From positions 124,001 to 188,000 of the IMG/VR virus record IMGVR_UViG_3300026512_000002: DNA of 64,000 nt. The stretch is one strand, 5' to 3'. Under the pieces are notes generated by a model that saw only the letters and a list, made by a program, of their open reading frames with translations, was not told where the DNA came from and made no database searches. The position numbers and the translations under genes are program-made. Positions within the stretch are counted from its first letter, which is position 1. Each line of letters begins with the position of its first letter. Of this stretch, positions 58,530 through 64,000 are shown in pieces.

Positions 58530-59387
58530 CTATTTTGAATCTTCGGCAATAACATTATCCTTTTTCATTTCCTTAGTTTTAAAAGATTTAGCTGTTTCAA
58601 ACAATTTTACATATTCCATAGCTATAGCAATCGCAACAGTATCAATAGTCTTGGAAACAATAAATATTGATTTTAAAAACAATATAACCTGTTTCACCAA
58701 CTTATTTACATCTGGTAAATGCTCATTACTACTTATATCCATGTTTTTTAACATAGGTATATTTTTATGTATACTAGAAATAAAATCATTCATATCATTA
58801 ACACTGTCACCTAGACCATTAGTAATATCTACTAACGTAATAACATATTTTCTCAATTCTGAGGATTTATCGATAACTTTATTAGTTACACTACATATAT
58901 TACCAACATGCTTAGAAATCTCTTTGGTTGATAATTTCTTTTTATCATTAAGTAGTTCTTTAATAATATCAGTATATTTGTCAACATCAGTGTTTTTCAA
59001 TGCATCAAGAGTAATATTTTTTACAAACTTATCCAGTGATTCTGTTAGATCGGAAGCGACTTTTAATAAATCATCTAATCTATCGATATTAACAATTAAT
59101 GTATCCTTGTCCATCTTTTTTAATCCCAATATAATATTACTTTTATTAGTTTTGATAAACTTACATTTCTGTTCAAATTTACTATATTCTTCACCACTAT
59201 CTTTAAAAGTTTTTTTAATGTCATTAAACACTTTTTCAATACCTGATAAGAAACTTCTAAATAATGCTGGTGATACGCTTTCAAGAGTGACATTTTCAAG
59301 CAACATTACCCTATTAACATTAGTAGTGTATGTGTTGGCCAATCTTTGTAATTCTAAAATACTTTCATCAAATATAAAATTATGCAT
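58530..59387 (-). CDS. Internal head protein family member
   Basis: AGGAG RBS; late promoter at 59415-59426; TLE|S...FRSFLSGIEKVF...IKTNKSNIILGLKK. Confidence 0.55.
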   Translation of the reverse strand: MHNFIFDESILELQRLANTYTTNVNRVMLLENVTLESVSPALFRSFLSGIEKVFNDIKKTFKDSGEEYSKFEQKCKFIKTNKSNIILGLKKMDKDTLIVNIDRLDDLLKVASDLTESLDKFVKNITLDALKNTDVDKYTDIIKELLNDKKKLSTKEISKHVGNICSVTNKVIDKSSELRKYVITLVDITNGLGDSVNDMNDFISSIHKNIPMLKNMDISSNEHLPDVNKLVKQVILFLKSIFIVSKTIDTVAIAIAMEYVKLFETAKSFKTKEMKKDNVIAEDSK

Positions 59388-59553
59388 TTTATGTTCTCCT
59401 TAAACCTATTAATTTAATATATTGTTAAACTTAAAAAAAATGAAACTATGATATATTATAAACTAAACTTGTTTTCATTAATATATTATGATAATGTGTC
59501 TCAAATTAATCTTATCCCATATTGATAAGATTAAACAACTAATAGGAGGAATT

Positions 59554-59877
59554 ATGATTGATCGAGCATTAGTCAAACATCATGCTAGTGATGCTATTTT
59601 ATTCAACATTGAACATTTTGAATCTTATATCGGATATTTACAATATAAGGATAAATGTATGATTATACCAATTACCATTGACGAATTTAAGAAACAACTG
59701 TGCGACTATAATGATGATTGCGGTTTATTAAAATTTAACAATTTAGAAGAACTAAAAAAAAGCGATATGTTTTTACATCAAAATAAATCGGATCAGTATT
59801 ATATAGATACGATGTTTGCTCGTAGTAGTATATATGATATATTTATAGATAAAGGTACTATACTCATACATAAGTAA
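59554..59877 (+). CDS. Hypothetical protein
   Basis: AGGAGGA RBS before ATG 59554. Confidence 0.6.
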   Translation: MIDRALVKHHASDAILFNIEHFESYIGYLQYKDKCMIIPITIDEFKKQLCDYNDDCGLLKFNNLEELKKSDMFLHQNKSDQYYIDTMFARSSIYDIFIDKGTILIHK

Positions 59878-59985
59878 ATTATCTTTCAACAAAATGTGTT
59901 ATAAGATAATAGTTGAGTATATTATAACAAACATTAAATTACATAGTAAATATTATCTAAATTAACATATTGTGAAGGAGATTCT

Positions 59986-61098
59986 ATGTTATTAAAAAAA
60001 TTATATTTAGCGAGACAAACCCGATATGATACATTGCTGGACATATCTAATAAATATATTAACAATATAATTGGAGACGAGATAAACATTCTTATTGATA
60101 TGAATAGTGTGTTTAACACTATATGGCAACCAAGCATTGTTACTAAATTTGAAGATGATGATAGTCCGGATAATGTAGACCCATATGGTTTAAGTTTAGC
60201 GATTTTAAATTTCATTGCACATTATCGTAATTTTTTCTGGACAAGATATCGAAAACATACAAATATATATCTGTATGATAATATGGTACCAGATAAATGG
60301 ATAATGGATATGTATGGTGATGATTTTAAAAAAAATTTCTATATACACCGAATAGGTGGTGATGGAGTTGTTATATTAGCACAAAATTATTATAAAAAAA
60401 ACATAAGTATAGTAAGAGATATAATAACACATGTCCCGTCAGCATATTATGTAAATATGAATGGTATAGATGAATTACTTTTCCCATATATGTTTATGAG
60501 AGATATAAATCAATCAGAAACACCTACAATTATAATCAGTAATAGGCAACTAACTTTAATTAACAGGTACTACTTTAAAAACATATCGGTATTATCATGT
60601 AAAAAAGAAAAATCCATATTAGCACATGATTATAAAACAACAACAATGATGATGTTAAATAAGAACAAAGTACCTAACAAAATGGCTATTGAATATATAG
60701 AGTTGTATATACCATTTATATATGGTTTAGCTGGTTACGAATCTTTTAATATAAAAAATAAAGTAGGTATGCGTGAAAGTAAAGCTATCAAAATGATAGC
60801 TAACGCTATCGATAAAGAAATATTACCAGAATATAAAACATCTATTAGTGAGGTTGCTAAAACATTATATACTAACAAAATAGTTACATTAGATGATTTA
60901 AAACTACTATATAATAATTTAAACATATTGTTATACAATAATCTATATTTTAAAAGATTTAGTATACAAAAAATAAAATCTTTTAAAGACAAACTAATAG
61001 ATATCAGCGATGATCAAATATTAATAGATGCTAATTATAGATATTATAATAGTTTATTAAAAGTTGATCAACTTTTAAAAACAAAACAATACAATTAG
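59986..61098 (+). CDS. Degenerate FEN/5'-3' exonuclease (PIN + H3TH)-like protein
   Basis: ILIDMNS, IIISN, and LAGYESFNI...VGMRESKAIKMI (cf. L.GD.SDNI.GV.G.GEKTA.KL). Confidence 0.5.
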   Translation: MLLKKLYLARQTRYDTLLDISNKYINNIIGDEINILIDMNSVFNTIWQPSIVTKFEDDDSPDNVDPYGLSLAILNFIAHYRNFFWTRYRKHTNIYLYDNMVPDKWIMDMYGDDFKKNFYIHRIGGDGVVILAQNYYKKNISIVRDIITHVPSAYYVNMNGIDELLFPYMFMRDINQSETPTIIISNRQLTLINRYYFKNISVLSCKKEKSILAHDYKTTTMMMLNKNKVPNKMAIEYIELYIPFIYGLAGYESFNIKNKVGMRESKAIKMIANAIDKEILPEYKTSISEVAKTLYTNKIVTLDDLKLLYNNLNILLYNNLYFKRFSIQKIKSFKDKLIDISDDQILIDANYRYYNSLLKVDQLLKTKQYN

Positions 61099-61106
61099 AG
61101 GTTAAT

Positions 61107-62144
61107 ATGAGATATAAACAAACATTTGAAGAGTTCTATTTTTTAAAAAACAATGATGATTATCTTATTAAAAAAACGGAACATGGTTATCTTGATCAAC
61201 AAAACCCATATCATATGGAAGGTAGTGTATACAATCACATTAAAATGGTTTATGACGAAATGTCTAAATTAACAGATGATGAAACATTATTAAAAGCAGC
61301 CATACTACATGATATTGGAAAATATGTGTGTAGAAAAGAAGATCATGTAAAAAAACGAGTTTATTTTAGAGGACATCCCGGTGTTTCAGCATATATGAGT
61401 TTGAATTACGCTGATGATTTCAACAAAGAAATATTATTCAAATTAGCAGCATTACATTCAATATTGTTCAAGTATCCAAACACTGAAGTGATAACACAAT
61501 CGTTTTCAAAAGATTTTTGGAATAAATTAAGATTACTAATAAAAGCAGATGTTATAGGTCGTATATCATCACAAAATAGTTCAAAGAATGATATATTAGG
61601 GTTGTTGAAAACAAATGTAATTACCGATCCAAAGCCCAAACCAGTAGATAAGAATAAACCAACTTTAACATTGTTAATAGGTCCACCGGGTGCTGGTAAA
61701 AGCTCATATATTAAGAATACTCTTAAAGATCATAATAGTAGTATTATTTCAAGAGATGATGCTGTTATGGAAATTGCTGGTACGGATAACTATACAGATG
61801 CTTTTAACATACTGTCCAAAACAAATAAACAACGATTAGTTGATGAACATATAGATCGGAAAATGTCCAAATATGTGAAATCGGAAGCATCTATAATCAT
61901 AGATATGACAAATATGACATATGGGTCTAGAAAGAGATGGGTTAGTCAAACTAAAGGTGATTACAATATAAAGTACACTATGTTCCTAACAAAATTTAAT
62001 GACATAATGTTGCGTAATGTGACTCGTTCAGATAAAACGTTACCAATAGAAGCTCTTATCAGCTTTATGAGTAGATTCCAATATCCGTTACTATATAATG
62101 AAAATTATAATACTATAGAACATGTTGCGAATTACAATAGTTAA
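61107..62144 (+). CDS. HD-domain phosphohydrolase fused to a P-loop polynucleotide-kinase-like domain (HD-Pnk-like)
   Basis: YHMEGSVYNH, LHDIGK, F.GH...S and AD..GR; then LIGPPGAGKS, ISRDD and IIDMTN. Confidence 0.85.
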   Translation: MRYKQTFEEFYFLKNNDDYLIKKTEHGYLDQQNPYHMEGSVYNHIKMVYDEMSKLTDDETLLKAAILHDIGKYVCRKEDHVKKRVYFRGHPGVSAYMSLNYADDFNKEILFKLAALHSILFKYPNTEVITQSFSKDFWNKLRLLIKADVIGRISSQNSSKNDILGLLKTNVITDPKPKPVDKNKPTLTLLIGPPGAGKSSYIKNTLKDHNSSIISRDDAVMEIAGTDNYTDAFNILSKTNKQRLVDEHIDRKMSKYVKSEASIIIDMTNMTYGSRKRWVSQTKGDYNIKYTMFLTKFNDIMLRNVTRSDKTLPIEALISFMSRFQYPLLYNENYNTIEHVANYNS

Positions 62145-62145
62145 A

Positions 62146-62524
62146 ATATTATAAAAAGGAGAATATTATGAAAAATTATTCAGATAGTATATTAAATGTG
62201 TTAAAAAAATATGAATCTAAAATGACAAGAGATGATTATGAAAATTTCAAACATGAGATTGAAATAATTACAAATAACATGGACAAAGTAATGACAATGG
62301 TGAATATAGTTCCTTCTAAAAAATGTATCGAATTAATTGAAGATGAATTGTATCCAGTATATATTGATAGCGAAGATGGTGGAGGTTGTAATCTATATGA
62401 TTCAAATGAGGTATATGATGTGTTAGATAAACATAAATTGTTAACAAATAGACCGTCATACCAAAATTTAGCCAATACTGATTTATGTCAAATTATATTA
62501 TAAAAAGGAGAATATTATGAAAAA
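62146..62524 (+). repeat. 30-bp identical direct repeat spanning the RBS and start codon of two consecutive genes
   Basis: atattataaaaaggagaatattatgaaaaa at 62146-62175 and 62495-62524. Confidence 0.9.
62168..62503 (+). CDS. Hypothetical protein
   Basis: AAGGAG RBS. Confidence 0.65.
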   Translation: MKNYSDSILNVLKKYESKMTRDDYENFKHEIEIITNNMDKVMTMVNIVPSKKCIELIEDELYPVYIDSEDGGGCNLYDSNEVYDVLDKHKLLTNRPSYQNLANTDLCQIIL

Positions 62525-63641
62525 AGATTTAGAAAACATAAACGATTATATTGAAACATTATATGATTTAAAAGATTCAACATATGATGTACTTAAAAAA
62601 CAAATAAACATAATCGATAATGAAATTCATAAATTAACTAAACTACAATCAAACAGTGTGTCTAATGACAATATATTGACACTGAGACAAACAATGCTAA
62701 AAGATCCAACCTTAGATTTATACTATGATGATTTTAGGGGTATTGATGACACTCTACATATTAGATGTAAACCAGGTGTTTGGGAATGGTTATTAGCTAA
62801 TAAAATAAACTATCCCAAAATAACCCAAGAACTTGATGATTCAGAATGGAGTGGTGGTGAAAAATTCATTGAAATACCAGAAGCTTATGAAGAGGTAAAC
62901 TTTACTCAACATGAGGATATGGTTAGAAATATAATATATTTATTAAAACAATCAGGATACTGGTATGATGATATTGCGATACGTTTTGAAGATGGTGATT
63001 TCTATCCAGGTCAGAATACGAATGGTTGTTTAGGATTACCGACAATCGCTTGTAATGATGAATTATTTAATGATATAATGAACGACACTAGAATCGTAGA
63101 CGATTTAACAAATTTGTTAAACGATTATGGTTATAGATATGAAACAGAAGAGGATGAATTAAACTTAGTACTAAAACCATTATATAAACATATACCATAC
63201 AAATTATCACTAACATATATTGATAGTAACAATGTGCCAGTTGAAATACCGGATGCTTATGATGTATTAAAAGATTTTACACTTAAACGTTCATTCATAG
63301 ATAAGTTAAATAAAGAATATGATATTAAATATGATTTACCATTAGAGTATAATTCACATGTTATTGATAACAGTTATACCACCACCCATAAGCTTTCAGA
63401 TGAAATAACACGCTTAGAATATTATTTTATCCCTAGCACTATTAATGAGGAACATGAGGAGTATGAGGACACACATATTATATCAATACCTATAACATGT
63501 GGTGATAAGACATATAATGTAAATGTTGATTTTTGTTGTGTTGAATATGATGATTATCGGGAATATGTGTGGTCAAGTATATATAATTGGGGACATGAAT
63601 TTTTAAAAACTAAACAATTAAAAGTTATCAATTTAGCATAA
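62517..63641 (+). CDS. Hypothetical acidic protein
   Basis: AAGGAG RBS. Confidence 0.65.
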   Translation: MKKDLENINDYIETLYDLKDSTYDVLKKQINIIDNEIHKLTKLQSNSVSNDNILTLRQTMLKDPTLDLYYDDFRGIDDTLHIRCKPGVWEWLLANKINYPKITQELDDSEWSGGEKFIEIPEAYEEVNFTQHEDMVRNIIYLLKQSGYWYDDIAIRFEDGDFYPGQNTNGCLGLPTIACNDELFNDIMNDTRIVDDLTNLLNDYGYRYETEEDELNLVLKPLYKHIPYKLSLTYIDSNNVPVEIPDAYDVLKDFTLKRSFIDKLNKEYDIKYDLPLEYNSHVIDNSYTTTHKLSDEITRLEYYFIPSTINEEHEEYEDTHIISIPITCGDKTYNVNVDFCCVEYDDYREYVWSSIYNWGHEFLKTKQLKVINLA

Positions 63642-63728
63642 TATGATAAAGTGTATATGTTGTGTATAAACATATACACTTTTATCATACAATAGGAGCA
63701 CTATGTTAAATGTTAAAGTAGGTATTAT

Positions 63729-64000
63729 ATGAATATACGTATCATAGTTTTCACAAACAATAGCAATGGTTACATTATATCTAAAACATCCAATATCGTA
63801 AAAATAAGTGATGGTGAAGATATTTACCATAAATGGCACGATTATATATCACATACAATATTTGAAGATATTGAAGATATTTATAAAATGTTTATTAAAT
63901 TGGGTGTCAATGAGTTGAAATTTACAGAATTTAATAAAGAAACATTATTATATGATAATGATGAAGAGTTTCCACCTGATATAGAAATTTATGTTAATTT
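63729..64000 (+). CDS. Hypothetical protein, 3'-truncated (not in the ORF track)
   Basis: ATG 63729 (MNIRIIVFTNNSNGY...) stays open to the window end; AGGT upstream. Confidence 0.55.
   Translation, partial: MNIRIIVFTNNSNGYIISKTSNIVKISDGEDIYHKWHDYISHTIFEDIEDIYKMFIKLGVNELKFTEFNKETLLYDNDEEFPPDIEIYVN

Noticed and set aside
58507-59403. 298-aa + strand ORF, and similar long antisense ORFs (7993..8664, 22515..23042, 52073..52657, 56874..57416)
   Set aside because: Shadow ORFs opposite RBS-supported genes, with the F/L/S/I-rich composition typical of antisense frames in AT-rich DNA.
63703-63732. RBS-preceded 9-codon ORF (MLNVKVGII) overlapping the start of the final ORF
   Set aside because: Too short to support; could be a leader, a pseudogenised start or chance.
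1-64000. Alternative genetic code (stop-codon reassignment)
   Set aside because: Conserved genes are full length under code 11, and TAA, TAG and TGA all terminate genes next to downstream RBSs.
1-64000. CRISPR array, tRNA genes, group I introns/inteins, DGR, chimallin or PhuZ
   Set aside because: No spaced identical repeats, cloverleafs, interrupted RNAP/terminase genes, reverse transcriptase or tubulin motifs were recognised by eye. Divergent cases cannot be excluded without searches.

Overview
Very AT-rich (roughly 25% GC by eye), densely coding segment of a jumbo myovirus genome of the AR9/PBS1/phiR1-37 (phiKZ-related) type, read with the standard genetic code. Head module: neck protein, T4 gp21-like prohead protease, probable scaffold, major capsid protein and large terminase. 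Contractile-tail module: sheath, tube, tube-like paralog, gp25/gp6/hub-like baseplate proteins and a Zn-finger tail/baseplate chaperone. Also present are a GroEL-like chaperonin, SbcC/Rad50 ATPase, SF2 helicase, HD-Pnk-like enzyme, and pieces of two split multisubunit RNA polymerases (beta-N, beta'-N with DFDGD, two different beta'-C pieces, and a probable sigma-like specificity subunit). Two promoter classes are readable from the DNA. AACA-N6-TA precedes about 16 mostly structural genes. Host sigma70-like TTGACA-N18-TAnnnT precedes the putative non-virion RNAP genes. The most unusual items are: (i) a three-copy 'conserved frame + variable insert' membrane-hairpin cassette family, partly encoded as a protease-cleavable polyprotein (52.7-55.3 kb); (ii) a GC-rich structured +1 frameshift signal (UUU-UAA) at the end of the tail chaperone gene; (iii) a large family of Glu-cleavage-site-rich internal head proteins that share pro-domain modules. 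All calls come from motif recognition by eye; no database searches were run.
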